Below, piece after piece: positions 10,201 through 18,335 of a stretch of DNA of 64,000 nucleotides. The position numbers were made by a program, and so were the translations under genes. The DNA is taken from positions 350 to 64,349 of the forward strand of contig DASVYU010000015.1 in the NCBI GenBank assembly GCA_036391995.1. Direction: 5' to 3'. Under the pieces are notes generated by a model. It did not search any database, was not told the DNA's origin, and was given only the letters and a program-made list of their open reading frames with translations. Source of the DNA: Patescibacteria group bacterium. GTDB taxonomy: Bacteria; Patescibacteriota; Minisyncoccia; Moranbacterales; GWC2-37-73. How positions within the stretch are numbered: the stretch's first letter is position 1; the number at the start of each line of letters is the position of its first letter.

Positions 10201-10802
10201 GCCAGAGAATAACAGTCGGCGGCGTCATCCAGAAGGCACAGAAGATCCTGACTAAAGCCCAGCAGACCATGTATTTCGTGATGCTAGAAGACACAAAAGG
10301 CAAGATCGAGCTGCTGATCTTCCCCAAAGTCTTGGAACGCATCGCCTCGCTTTGGGAAGCGGAAAAAATAATCCTAGCCGAAGGCCGGCTCAACGACAAA
10401 GACGGCGCCTTCAAATTGATCGTGGATGACGCCAAAGAACTCAACCGCGCCGAAATAGAAAATTACATGCGCATCGAAGCCACCAAGAAGGCCTATGGAC
10501 AAAAAGATGGGGATGACAACAATGATCCAAATGGATCAGCTTCACACAATGATGCGACAATGCAAGAAACCCCAAGCAATCAAACCGGCAGCAAATTGAT
10601 CGTCACGCTTCCCCACAATGCCACACCTGATATGCTGCATTCTTTGCAGAAGCTTTTCAATTCCTGCAAGACTGGCTCTTGCAAAGTTTTCCTGCATCAC
10701 CAAACCAACAAATTGGAAACGCCCTTTTTCATCGAGCATAATCCGACACTAGCAGAAGAAATCAGAAGCATCATCCGAAACGGAAATGTCGAATTAGCTT
10801 GA
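7260..10802 (+). CDS. dnaE: DNA polymerase III alpha subunit
   Basis: 1180 aa. PHP domain start MSKYTHLHVHSHYSLLDG, then the polIII alpha core and OB fold. Confidence 0.95.
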   Translation: MSKYTHLHVHSHYSLLDGLGKIDDLMDRAKELGMESIALTDHGVMYGAVELFIKAKEKGIKPILGCEMYVTPNDLTSKNPTAEDRKRYHLILLVKDDEGYHNLMKLVSIAHIDGFYYKPRIDRKVLRQYSKGLVGLSACVEGEIPAQIVMGNYDKARELALEYKDIFDEDSFFLEVQSHPNFPNQKIANDGIFKLAQELNLPVVATCDVHYVRKEDASAQDILLCVQTNRKVNESDRMNLMDFDLSLRSPEEVAASFPEHPEVISNTQKVVDLCNFHLKLGETQLPHFDVPQGHTALSYLTQMCENGLRKRYGENITREHRQRMEYELSVIEKTGYASYFLIVQDFVNWAKDNGIVVGPGRGSAAGSFVSYLVGITNMDPVKYNLLFERFLNPERVSMPDVDMDFADDKRDLVLEYVRKRYGEDHVSQIITFGTMAARAAIRDTGRALGFPYDFCDKTSKMIPMFTSIKKALEEVPEFKEHYNSSSDAKKLIDNAMRLEGVVRHAGMHACGVVITKNPVTDYSPIQNIAGSREGTVTQYSSSTKSSYVEKIGLLKMDFLGLKNLTIIQNTLRIVRKTHNQDIDIDNIPLDDAEAFKLLQEAHTTGVFQLESSGMKRYLKQLKPTVLEDVIAMVALYRPGPMDWIPDFISGKHGTKKVHYIHPKLEPILANTYGVAVYQEQVMQIARDLAGFSMGEADVLRKAMGKKILDLIQEQKIKFVDGCVKNGIDKTIGEKVFSFIEPFAGYGFNRSHAACYGLIGYQTAYLKAHFPAAFMAALMTSDQGDTDRIAIEASECRDMGIEVLAPDINESFEEFAVIQDTDNVERIRFGFNAIKNVGHVVAHEIVAERKKGGKFKSLGDLLERVQTKDLNKKSIEALAKVGALDNMGERNQIIESMESILSYIKNIQKLKNSNQASLFGETALETPPVPLIETEPASKSQRLKWEKELLGLYVSDHPVAEYQAYIDTVATPLDRLNKEMVGQRITVGGVIQKAQKILTKAQQTMYFVMLEDTKGKIELLIFPKVLERIASLWEAEKIILAEGRLNDKDGAFKLIVDDAKELNRAEIENYMRIEATKKAYGQKDGDDNNDPNGSASHNDATMQETPSNQTGSKLIVTLPHNATPDMLHSLQKLFNSCKTGSCKVFLHHQTNKLETPFFIEHNPTLAEEIRSIIRNGNVELA

Positions 10803-10833
10803 GACATATTCATTACGCAGCATGCTACGTAAC

Positions 10834-10863
10834 AAAAACACCCCAACCAGCGGGGTGTTTTTT
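10834..10863. terminator. bidirectional intrinsic terminator between convergent dnaE and L,D-transpeptidase genes
   Basis: aaaaa-cacccc-aaccagc-ggggtg-tttttt: a 6-bp GC stem flanked by an A-run and a T-run. Confidence 0.6.
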
Positions 10864-10868
10864 GCAAG

Positions 10869-11693
10869 TTATTTGTGCACAATGACTGTCGTGCCGACAT
10901 CCGCCCAATCATAAACTCTCTTGGCAGGACCCACACCCAAACGCACGCAGCCATGCGAAACCGGAATACCCAGATGATTCGCGCCTTCCTGGTAACCACC
11001 AGGCCAAACAGGAAGCTCATGGATGCCGAATTTTCCATCCGACACCAGAGCCATCCAATGAGGCATGAAAAGCGAATATGTACGCGACCAAGCACGCGGA
11101 ACCTTGTTCTGGATCTGATAAGTTCCAATCGGAGTGTCGTAACCTCTTTTGCCGGAAGAAATAAGATAAGCATCCACAGCTTGCCCATTCTCAAACAACA
11201 CCATGTTCTGATGGGAAAGGCTTATATCTATATATTTGCCATCCAAGATTTGCGGCTTGGCATATGTTTTGGCTTCTTCCAAACGAGTAGCAGGATTCTT
11301 ATCGCGTACAATCGGAACTTTTTCAATAGCCGCTTGCTGCGTTTGCGTCAATTCAGGCTTGCCATCATCCACAACTGCAAGCGGAGAATTTTCAGGAGTC
11401 GGTTGTGATTCAAGTGCTGGCTGTTGAGCTTCTGTTTTATAACCAAAAGAAGCGTCTGTTGCCTTTGTTGGATCAGGAGCTTTGACTTGCTGAGCTTTTG
11501 CATTAGGGCGCGACTGGCGAAGATGCGCTTGAATAAAGAATGTGGCAGCAACGGAAACGCTTATGACTGCTATTGCACCGAAAATTTTGCGGACCCGATG
11601 AGGATTATCCTTATGTGGAATAAATGAATGCATACTTTTTTTGTTTTTTGTGTTGGCTATGTATATTCTAGCATGCCTTGCTTTTTTAGACAT
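10869..11693 (-). CDS. L,D-transpeptidase (YkuD domain) with N-terminal TM anchor
   Basis: 274 aa. C-terminus LGIPVSHGCVRLGVGPAKRVYDW is the Ldt catalytic Cys motif. The start may be the internal MHSFIPHK near 11633. Confidence 0.75.
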   Translation of the reverse strand: MSKKARHARIYIANTKNKKSMHSFIPHKDNPHRVRKIFGAIAVISVSVAATFFIQAHLRQSRPNAKAQQVKAPDPTKATDASFGYKTEAQQPALESQPTPENSPLAVVDDGKPELTQTQQAAIEKVPIVRDKNPATRLEEAKTYAKPQILDGKYIDISLSHQNMVLFENGQAVDAYLISSGKRGYDTPIGTYQIQNKVPRAWSRTYSLFMPHWMALVSDGKFGIHELPVWPGGYQEGANHLGIPVSHGCVRLGVGPAKRVYDWADVGTTVIVHK

Positions 11694-11990
11694 TACAGGT
11701 TATATTTCATTCACAACCAAATGAGGCTGCGGCTTACCGACCCGCATGAAGGCTTCCGTTTAAGCAGCTTACGAATAAGCGCCAAAGTGCCCAAGCAATG
11801 CGGGAAATCGAGTGGAACCTCCTGTCGCTCTCGAGCGACTGGACTCGATGCAGGAAATTATTTCCTATCCTTTATTGTTTGAGCATTTTATTTTATAAAA
11901 AATTTAAAAGACTAAATTTGAAATTTTAAAACATTTAGTAATTTAAAACTTAAAATTTAAAATTATAACCAAATTTTTTCAATCAATTGT

Positions 11991-13733
11991 ATGAAAAGCA
12001 ATCAAGACAAATTAGAAATTCTCCGCCACTCCGCCGCCCACATCCTAGCCGCTGCCGTGTTGGAAATGTTCCCTGAAGCCAAGTTCGGCATCGGACCAGC
12101 TATAGAGAACGGCTTCTATTATGACTTCGAGCTTCCTCGCACCCTCATCCCTGAAGATCTGCCTTTGCTCGAAGAGAAAATGAAAGCCATTATCGCAGCC
12201 AACCATTCTTTCGAGCGCGCCGACATCAGCATCGAGAGCGCCTTAGAAAAATTCAAGGAAAGGGATCAGAAATACAAGTTGGAACTCATCGATGATCTCA
12301 AGAATCAAGGCGAGAAGACTGTTTCTATCTACAAATCAGGCCATTTCGTGGATCTTTGCGCTGGACCGCATGTGGACTCCACTGGAGAAATCAATGCTGA
12401 AGCTCTTATGCTCACCAAGATCTCCGGTGCATATTGGAAAGGAGATGCTGAAAAAGCCCAGCTTCAAAGAGTATATGGGGTGCTTTTTGAGACCAAGGAA
12501 GAGTTGGAGAATTACAAAACGCAGCAAGAGGAAGCTGCTAAAAGAGACCACAAGAAACTGGGACGAGAACTGGATTTATTCTCTTTTCATCCGGAAGCTC
12601 CCGGCATGGCATTCTGGCATCCGAAAGGCATGATCATCTGGAATGAATTGGAGAAATTCGGAAAAGCTCTGCGTAAAAAGTACGGCAGCCTTGAGATCCA
12701 AACTCCGCAGCTAGCCAAAAACACTCTCTGGAAAACTTCAGGCCATTGGGACCATTACAAGGACGATATGTTTTCTTTCAATGTTGAAGAAGATGTCTAT
12801 TGCCTCAAGCCAATGGATTGCCCATTCAATATCAAGATATACCAAACCCAGCAGCGCTCATACAAGGAATTGCCTATCCGGTACACTGAGATAGGACGCG
12901 TCATGCGTAACGAAAAATCAGGAGAACTGAATGGCTTGCTGCGCGTCAGAGGAATCACACAAGATGATGCCCACATTTTCGCCATGGAATCGCAAGTCGA
13001 GGAGGAAATAAGCTCTTTATTGAAGATGGTCAAGGAATATTATGCCGTTTTCAACATCCAGCCAAAATTCTTCCTGTCCACTAGGCCAGATGATTTCATG
13101 GGAGAGGCAGCCACCTGGGATCAAGCAGAACAGGATCTCAAGAGCGCACTTGCCAATGAAGAAATAACATACGGGCTCAAAGAAAAAGACGGCGCCTTTT
13201 ATGGACCCAAGATAGACATCAACATAAAAGATGCATTGGGAAGATCATGGCAATTGGCAACCATCCAGCTCGATTTCCAGCTTCCGCAGCGCTTCGAATT
13301 GGAATACATCAATAGCAACGGGCAAAAGAAAACTCCTGTCATGATACATGCTGCGATCTTCGGATCACTCGAGCGTTTTATCGGAATATATCTGGAACAC
13401 ACCGGAGGAAATTTGCCTCTTTGGCTCTCCCCTATCCAAGTCACCATTCTGCCTATCTCTACTGAAAAATTCGGAAACTACGCCAAGGAGGTAGAGACGC
13501 AATTGATTGCATCTGGCGTCCGTGTTGAGATCAATGACAAGGCAGATTCTCTAGGCAAAAGGATTTCTGAAACTGAAAAGCAGAAAGTGCCATATATCCT
13601 GGTTGTCGGCCAACGCGAGATGGATGAAAAGACTGTGAATGTCAGGGCGCGCGGAGTTAAAGAACAGCAAACACTAGCAATTGACGCCTTTGTGGAAAAA
13701 GTGGTAAAAGAAATTGAGGAAAAAAATAGTTAG
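11991..13733 (+). CDS. thrS: threonine--tRNA ligase (short form starting at the editing/N2 domain)
   Basis: 580 aa. HSAAHILAAAV, class II motifs and a C-terminal anticodon-binding domain. Confidence 0.9.
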   Translation: MKSNQDKLEILRHSAAHILAAAVLEMFPEAKFGIGPAIENGFYYDFELPRTLIPEDLPLLEEKMKAIIAANHSFERADISIESALEKFKERDQKYKLELIDDLKNQGEKTVSIYKSGHFVDLCAGPHVDSTGEINAEALMLTKISGAYWKGDAEKAQLQRVYGVLFETKEELENYKTQQEEAAKRDHKKLGRELDLFSFHPEAPGMAFWHPKGMIIWNELEKFGKALRKKYGSLEIQTPQLAKNTLWKTSGHWDHYKDDMFSFNVEEDVYCLKPMDCPFNIKIYQTQQRSYKELPIRYTEIGRVMRNEKSGELNGLLRVRGITQDDAHIFAMESQVEEEISSLLKMVKEYYAVFNIQPKFFLSTRPDDFMGEAATWDQAEQDLKSALANEEITYGLKEKDGAFYGPKIDINIKDALGRSWQLATIQLDFQLPQRFELEYINSNGQKKTPVMIHAAIFGSLERFIGIYLEHTGGNLPLWLSPIQVTILPISTEKFGNYAKEVETQLIASGVRVEINDKADSLGKRISETEKQKVPYILVVGQREMDEKTVNVRARGVKEQQTLAIDAFVEKVVKEIEEKNS

Positions 13734-13763
13734 TAGCTTAAATTTCCATATAGGAGGTGCCAG

Positions 13764-13967
13764 ATGTCGAGCCACACTTATTTGGCAGGAGAAGGTAAGT
13801 CCAGTGTGATCCTCACCAAGAAACTGGGCGTCATTGACGGAACGCCCAAGCCTCTTAATGAGCGCGGCTACAAACTGAAGGCAGATCCCAAAAGGGTTGC
13901 GCCCGGCAAGAGATCATCCAAGAAAAAACCCGCTCACACGGCCAATAAACTCCTCAAAAAGGTCTGA
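13764..13967 (+). CDS. hypothetical small lysine-rich protein
   Basis: 67 aa. Strong SD ataggaggtgccag 5 nt before the ATG, and a terminator follows immediately. Confidence 0.45.
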   Translation: MSSHTYLAGEGKSSVILTKKLGVIDGTPKPLNERGYKLKADPKRVAPGKRSSKKKPAHTANKLLKKV

Positions 13968-13988
13968 CTGTGCCGGTCCGTCAAAAAT

Positions 13989-14027
13989 CGGGAGTTGCGT
14001 TTAAACGCTGCTCCCCTATTTTTTTAA
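13989..14027 (+). terminator. intrinsic terminator after the thrS unit
   Basis: gggagttgcgtttaaacgctgctcccc hairpin followed by tattttttt. Confidence 0.65.
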
Positions 14028-14039
14028 TTGTAGCTATTT

Positions 14040-15356
14040 ATGAAATATTCAATCAAGACATTCGGCTGCGCTATGAATCATTCTGACAGCGAGAGATTGG
14101 CTTCCTTTTTGGAAAGCAAAGGTTTTGAGCTTGCAGAAAAAATAGACAGCGCGGACTTGGTCATCATCAACACGTGCGGCGTGCGTCAAATGGCTGAGGA
14201 CCGCGTGTATGGCATGATCCATAATATAAGAAAAAAAGAAAAACTAGAAGCTAAGAGCCAAAAGCTGAAAACTATAATTATGACGGGCTGTATTGCCCAT
14301 CGCAAAGATGTCCAACGCCGCATGAAAGGCAAGGTGGATCTGTTTACGGAAATAAAAGACTTTACGGATAATTTCAATAAACTCAAAATCGCAAATAAAG
14401 AAACGAAAACTACCAGTGAAACTATAGATTATCTCTCCATAAATCCTAAGCACACTAACTCCTTCCAAGCTTTTATTCCCATCATGACAGGCTGCAACAA
14501 TTTCTGCGCTTACTGTGTGGTGCCCCATGCACGCGGCAGAGAAACATCCCGGGCCGCCGAAGAAATCCTAAGCGAAGTGAAAAATATCATAGCTCAAGAC
14601 TGCAAGCACATCACGCTTCTCGGACAGAATGTTAACTCTTATCGCGGAACATTCAAAGGTAAGGAAATAAATTTTGCCAAGCTTCTGAAGATGATCGATA
14701 AGATCTCAGGAAAATTCTGGATCACATTCACCTCCTCACATCCCAAGGATATGAGCGACGAGCTGATCGAAACGATCGCAAAATGCAAGAAAGTATGCGA
14801 AAGCGTGCATCTTCCAGTGCAAGCCGGCAACGATGAAGTGCTGCGCAGAATGAACAGAAAATACACACAGAAACACTATCTCGGCCGCATCAGCAAAATA
14901 AGATCGTCTTTCAAGAAATATAAGCCGAAATTATTATTTTCAATCTCTTCGGATATTATCGTCGGATTCCCTGGCGAAACAAAAAAACAATTCGAGGATT
15001 CTGAAATAGTCATGAAAAAAGCCAAGTTTGACATGGTGTATTTCGGACAATTCTCACCACGCCCAGGCACTGCAGCTTGGCAGATGAAAAACAATATCTC
15101 CAAAAAAGAAAAAGAGCGCCGCGAAAAAGCGCTCAACGAAATCCTGAAAAAGACCGCGCTTGCCAACAGCAAGAAATATATCAGCACGACTCAGGAAGTA
15201 CTGCTCGAGAAAGAAAAGAATGGAGCATATTTCGGCAAGACTCGCTCACAGAAAAATGTAAAGATTGTCTCAAAAAAGAAAATCGCCATCGGAAATTTCA
15301 CAAAGGTGAAAATAACCAAAGCTAATATTTGGAATCTGGAAGGAGAAATAAAATAA
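14040..15356 (+). CDS. miaB: MiaB-family radical SAM methylthiotransferase (tRNA ms2i6A synthase-like)
   Basis: 438 aa. UPF0004 N-domain (KTFGCAMNHSDSE...INTCGVR), radical SAM CNNFCAYC and a C-terminal TRAM. It lies adjacent to miaA. Confidence 0.7.
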   Translation: MKYSIKTFGCAMNHSDSERLASFLESKGFELAEKIDSADLVIINTCGVRQMAEDRVYGMIHNIRKKEKLEAKSQKLKTIIMTGCIAHRKDVQRRMKGKVDLFTEIKDFTDNFNKLKIANKETKTTSETIDYLSINPKHTNSFQAFIPIMTGCNNFCAYCVVPHARGRETSRAAEEILSEVKNIIAQDCKHITLLGQNVNSYRGTFKGKEINFAKLLKMIDKISGKFWITFTSSHPKDMSDELIETIAKCKKVCESVHLPVQAGNDEVLRRMNRKYTQKHYLGRISKIRSSFKKYKPKLLFSISSDIIVGFPGETKKQFEDSEIVMKKAKFDMVYFGQFSPRPGTAAWQMKNNISKKEKERREKALNEILKKTALANSKKYISTTQEVLLEKEKNGAYFGKTRSQKNVKIVSKKKIAIGNFTKVKITKANIWNLEGEIK

Positions 15357-15357
15357 G

Positions 15358-15383
15358 GACCACACCTACGTTTAGTGTGGTCC
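15358..15383. terminator. bidirectional terminator hairpin between convergent miaB and response-regulator genes
   Basis: ggaccacac-ctacgttta-gtgtggtcc: a 9-bp perfect stem. Confidence 0.5.
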
Positions 15384-15403
15384 TAAAGTTCAAATATTCA
15401 TCC

Positions 15404-15781
15404 CTATTGTTGGCTGAGAAGCCTGTTTATGCATTTGTGAAGTTCACTGAAATCCAGCGGCTTCTCAAAAAATGCATCTGCTCTTTTGACAGCACTTCTG
15501 AGATCATCAGGAAGGCTGCAACTAATAAGAATAACAGGAATGTCATCCCCGCCGAGACGGAGAGTGGACAAAAGCGTTATACCATCAGTTACACAGTCAG
15601 CTTCGGGCATAAATACATCCGAAACTATAAGGTCGGGCTTTACTTCTCGTAAGATGCCCATAGCTTCCCTACCATTTTCCGCTTGACTGACCTCATGGCC
15701 ATACTTACGCTTCAGAATCTCCGCAATCAAGTATCTTGTCGTAGGATCATCATCAACCACCAGAATCTTACTCATGTCCAA
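15404..15781 (-). CDS. stand-alone response regulator receiver (CheY-like REC) domain protein
   Basis: 125 aa. ILVVDDDPTTRYLIAEIL ... DLIVSDVFMP ... PVILISC is a REC domain. Confidence 0.75.
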   Translation of the reverse strand: MDMSKILVVDDDPTTRYLIAEILKRKYGHEVSQAENGREAMGILREVKPDLIVSDVFMPEADCVTDGITLLSTLRLGGDDIPVILISCSLPDDLRSAVKRADAFFEKPLDFSELHKCINRLLSQQ

Positions 15782-15872
15782 ACTCCTTTCCTCAGATGAG
15801 ATTAAAAATACGGGAAGTCAATTACTTGCCCTTTGTAAAAAATTGTATTTATTGAGTTTTTAATGACCAAAT

Positions 15873-16820
15873 TTGCCTTCTTGCTTGTCCATAGTATACT
15901 CTCAAGATATGCCCAATGCAAAACCAAAAATTATCATTATCCTTGGCCCAACCGCTTCGGGAAAATCCGATGCAGCCATTAAACTTGCCAAGAAATTCAA
16001 TGGCGAAATCATTTCAGCTGACAGCCGCCAGGTTTTCCGCAAAATGGACATAGGCACAGGCAAAGTTCCTGGCGCCTTACAAAAAGGCATTTTTATCTCG
16101 GATGGAATTGCACATCATCTGATCGATGTTGCTGATCCAGGCGAAGAGTTAAACATATCACATTTTATTGAAATTGTCAATAAGACTATACCCGACATTT
16201 TGAAGCGCGGAAAGCTCCCCATCATATGCGGCGGCACCGGATTCTGGATCAAAGCGATCGTCGACAACACTGCCCTGCCTGAAGTCAAACCTGACGAAAA
16301 GTTACGTAACTTGCTACGTAGCAAATCAGCAGAAGAACTTTTTGTCCAGCTGCAGAAACTCGACAGTGAGCGTGCCGAGATCATCGACAAAAACAACTCT
16401 GTGCGCCTGATCCGCGCCATTGAAATTGCAACTGCTTTAGGCAAAGTACCACAAACAAAATCAACTGATTCAAAATACGAGTTTTTGCAAATAGGACTAG
16501 AGGTGCCACGCGAATTGTTAAATGCGAAAATAAAAAAGCGCTTAGAAGCTCGTTTTAATGAGGGCATGATCGATGAAGTGAAGAACTTACTCAGCACAGG
16601 AGTGAGTCCCGAATGGCTGGAAAGAATAGGCCTCGAATATCGCTGGATTGCCAGATATCTGCAAAATAAAATTGATTTGAAAGAAATGCAGAAAAAGCTT
16701 TATTTCGACATCATCCACTATGCCAAACGCCAGATGACTTGGTTCAAAAAAGACCAAAGGATCATGTGGCTCAAGGATTATTCCGAAATAGAAACTGTCG
16801 TCAAAAACTTCTTAAAATAA
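15873..16820 (+). CDS. miaA: tRNA dimethylallyltransferase
   Basis: P-loop IIIILGPTASGKSD then SADSRQVFRKMDIGTGK. The likely true start is the in-frame ATG at about 15909 (MPNAKPK). Confidence 0.85.
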   Translation: MPSCLSIVYSQDMPNAKPKIIIILGPTASGKSDAAIKLAKKFNGEIISADSRQVFRKMDIGTGKVPGALQKGIFISDGIAHHLIDVADPGEELNISHFIEIVNKTIPDILKRGKLPIICGGTGFWIKAIVDNTALPEVKPDEKLRNLLRSKSAEELFVQLQKLDSERAEIIDKNNSVRLIRAIEIATALGKVPQTKSTDSKYEFLQIGLEVPRELLNAKIKKRLEARFNEGMIDEVKNLLSTGVSPEWLERIGLEYRWIARYLQNKIDLKEMQKKLYFDIIHYAKRQMTWFKKDQRIMWLKDYSEIETVVKNFLK

Positions 16821-16864
16821 AACTGGGGGCTGACGCGTGGCGTCAGCCCTTTGAATCTCCGCCG

Positions 16865-17098
16865 CTATGCAGCGCGATGGAAAATAGGATGCCGGGCGAA
16901 CTCAATTTTCGTTGTATGTTTCCCGCATACATCATTGGGTGACCCGGTCAGAGTATCCAAACATTCCATCCGTTGGATCCTATCGCAGTTGGTGACGCAT
17001 AAACCCTTGGAACATCCGAATAGTTCTCCGCATTTCGTGCAAAGCAATGCTTCTCTTTGCTTGCCTCGCACCACCACGTAAGTTTCGATTCTTCGCAT
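16865..17098 (-). CDS. hypothetical cysteine-rich small protein (7 Cys in 77 aa)
   Basis: A good SD, aaaggtgg, lies 5 nt before the ATG at 17098. CTKCGELFGCSKGLCVTNCD suggests a Zn or Fe-S site. No family recognised. Confidence 0.45.
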   Translation of the reverse strand: MRRIETYVVVRGKQREALLCTKCGELFGCSKGLCVTNCDRIQRMECLDTLTGSPNDVCGKHTTKIEFARHPIFHRAA

Positions 17099-17311
17099 GA
17101 CAGCCACCTTTCTGCGCCTCACAGGACGCCGTTAAAAGTGAAAAGAACAAAAAATCGCCTGTTGGCGACTGCTTAAAAGAACCTTATTCTACCATTCCTA
17201 TGTTGTGTTATGTTTTTCATAGGCTTTTTCATATTATACACCCCGCAAAACAGCATTCCAAATTGACTTATGCACAGCCTATTTTTGCCTTGTTTTCGGC
17301 ACTTTTACCTC

Positions 17312-17340
17312 TTGACATAGTGATTATTTTCTGCTATAAA
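17312..17340 (+). promoter_or_regulatory. near-consensus sigma70 promoter (TTGACA-17 bp-TATAAA) for the 17383 gene
   Basis: cTTGACAtagtgattattttctgcTATAAAt, about 40 nt upstream of a strong SD (aaaggagga) and ATG. Confidence 0.6.
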
Positions 17341-17382
17341 TATAAGTTATTTAAAAACACACCAACAGAAAAGGAGGACGTC

Positions 17383-17730
17383 ATGGCAAACATAGATAGA
17401 AACACAACTGTAGGCTGTATGCGCGAGGCAAAGCGTGGTGAAAACAACACACTCATAATCAAGCTTTTGCCGAAGGCGGATCCGATGGCCATAATCCATG
17501 GCATCTGCTTGCGGGTATACAAGACAGTTAGCAACGCCTTGGTAAACGAAGGCATTGCCAAGCTTCTTTGTAAAGCTGGAGTGCCAGTATCTGATGCAGC
17601 CAGAGCGGCTAAGGAGAATGGTCAACTGGTCATTCCCCTGTCGATAGAAATGCCACCCAACTGTAATATTCTCTTCTTCTATAGAAAAGGAGGCAGAAGT
17701 GTGAGCGGAATCCCGTTCACGATTCCATAG
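17383..17730 (+). CDS. hypothetical protein
   Basis: 115 aa (MANIDRNTTVGCMREAKRG...). Strong RBS aaaggaggacgtcATG, with a consensus promoter upstream and a terminator downstream. The ORF-track entry 17200..17730 is an upstream extension in the same frame. Confidence 0.6.
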   Translation: MANIDRNTTVGCMREAKRGENNTLIIKLLPKADPMAIIHGICLRVYKTVSNALVNEGIAKLLCKAGVPVSDAARAAKENGQLVIPLSIEMPPNCNILFFYRKGGRSVSGIPFTIP

Positions 17731-17764
17731 GAGCACAACAGGAGGAGGGATAACAAAAAAGCGG

Positions 17765-17800
17765 ACCAGCTATCATGCCGGCCCGCTTTTTAAATTTCCT
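17765..17800. terminator. bidirectional terminator between convergent genes
   Basis: aaaaaagcggaccagc-tatcat-gccggcccgcttttt: an imperfect GC-rich stem flanked by A5 and T5. Confidence 0.45.
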
Positions 17801-17809
17801 TTTTCGTTT

Positions 17810-18268
17810 TTACATGTTCGCTCTCAATTTTTCAGTATCAACGGCTTCAAATTCAGCAAATTTAATTTTCACTTGCGCCAGACGTTCATCAAGTTCCTTA
17901 TATCCTTCATTCTTATAAATAGCATCCAGGCTCTTTATTTGCTCGGCAACGTCAGCCACTTTAGCATTAAAAAGACTCGCCTGCAAAGAATCACCATCGG
18001 AGCGTACCCCGTCAAAAAGAGTGTCCAGAGCAGACAGGTCTATCTCCAAAGACTTGATGCTGGCTTCATAATTGCCTCTTTCAGCTTCGACATCTTTTTG
18101 AGTTTCAGGACTGATCTGCGCAGCCAATTTTCTTGCCTCATTTTCAACATCTTTTTCGCGTAAATTTACTGTAGCACGCAAAGCCTCACGCTTACTCAAA
18201 TCATCTTCACCAGTCTTAGGATCAACCATTGGAGAGAATTTTCCTTCAAAATAATTCTTGTTTCCCAT
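17810..18268 (-). CDS. hypothetical coiled-coil protein
   Basis: 152 aa, E/K-rich and helical. It is co-oriented immediately downstream of gatB. Confidence 0.5.
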   Translation of the reverse strand: MGNKNYFEGKFSPMVDPKTGEDDLSKREALRATVNLREKDVENEARKLAAQISPETQKDVEAERGNYEASIKSLEIDLSALDTLFDGVRSDGDSLQASLFNAKVADVAEQIKSLDAIYKNEGYKELDERLAQVKIKFAEFEAVDTEKLRANM

Positions 18269-18335
18269 GTTTTTGGTTGTTAATGGATTACACCTACCTT
18301 ATTATATTATACACATATTTTTATCTTTTGTCAAA

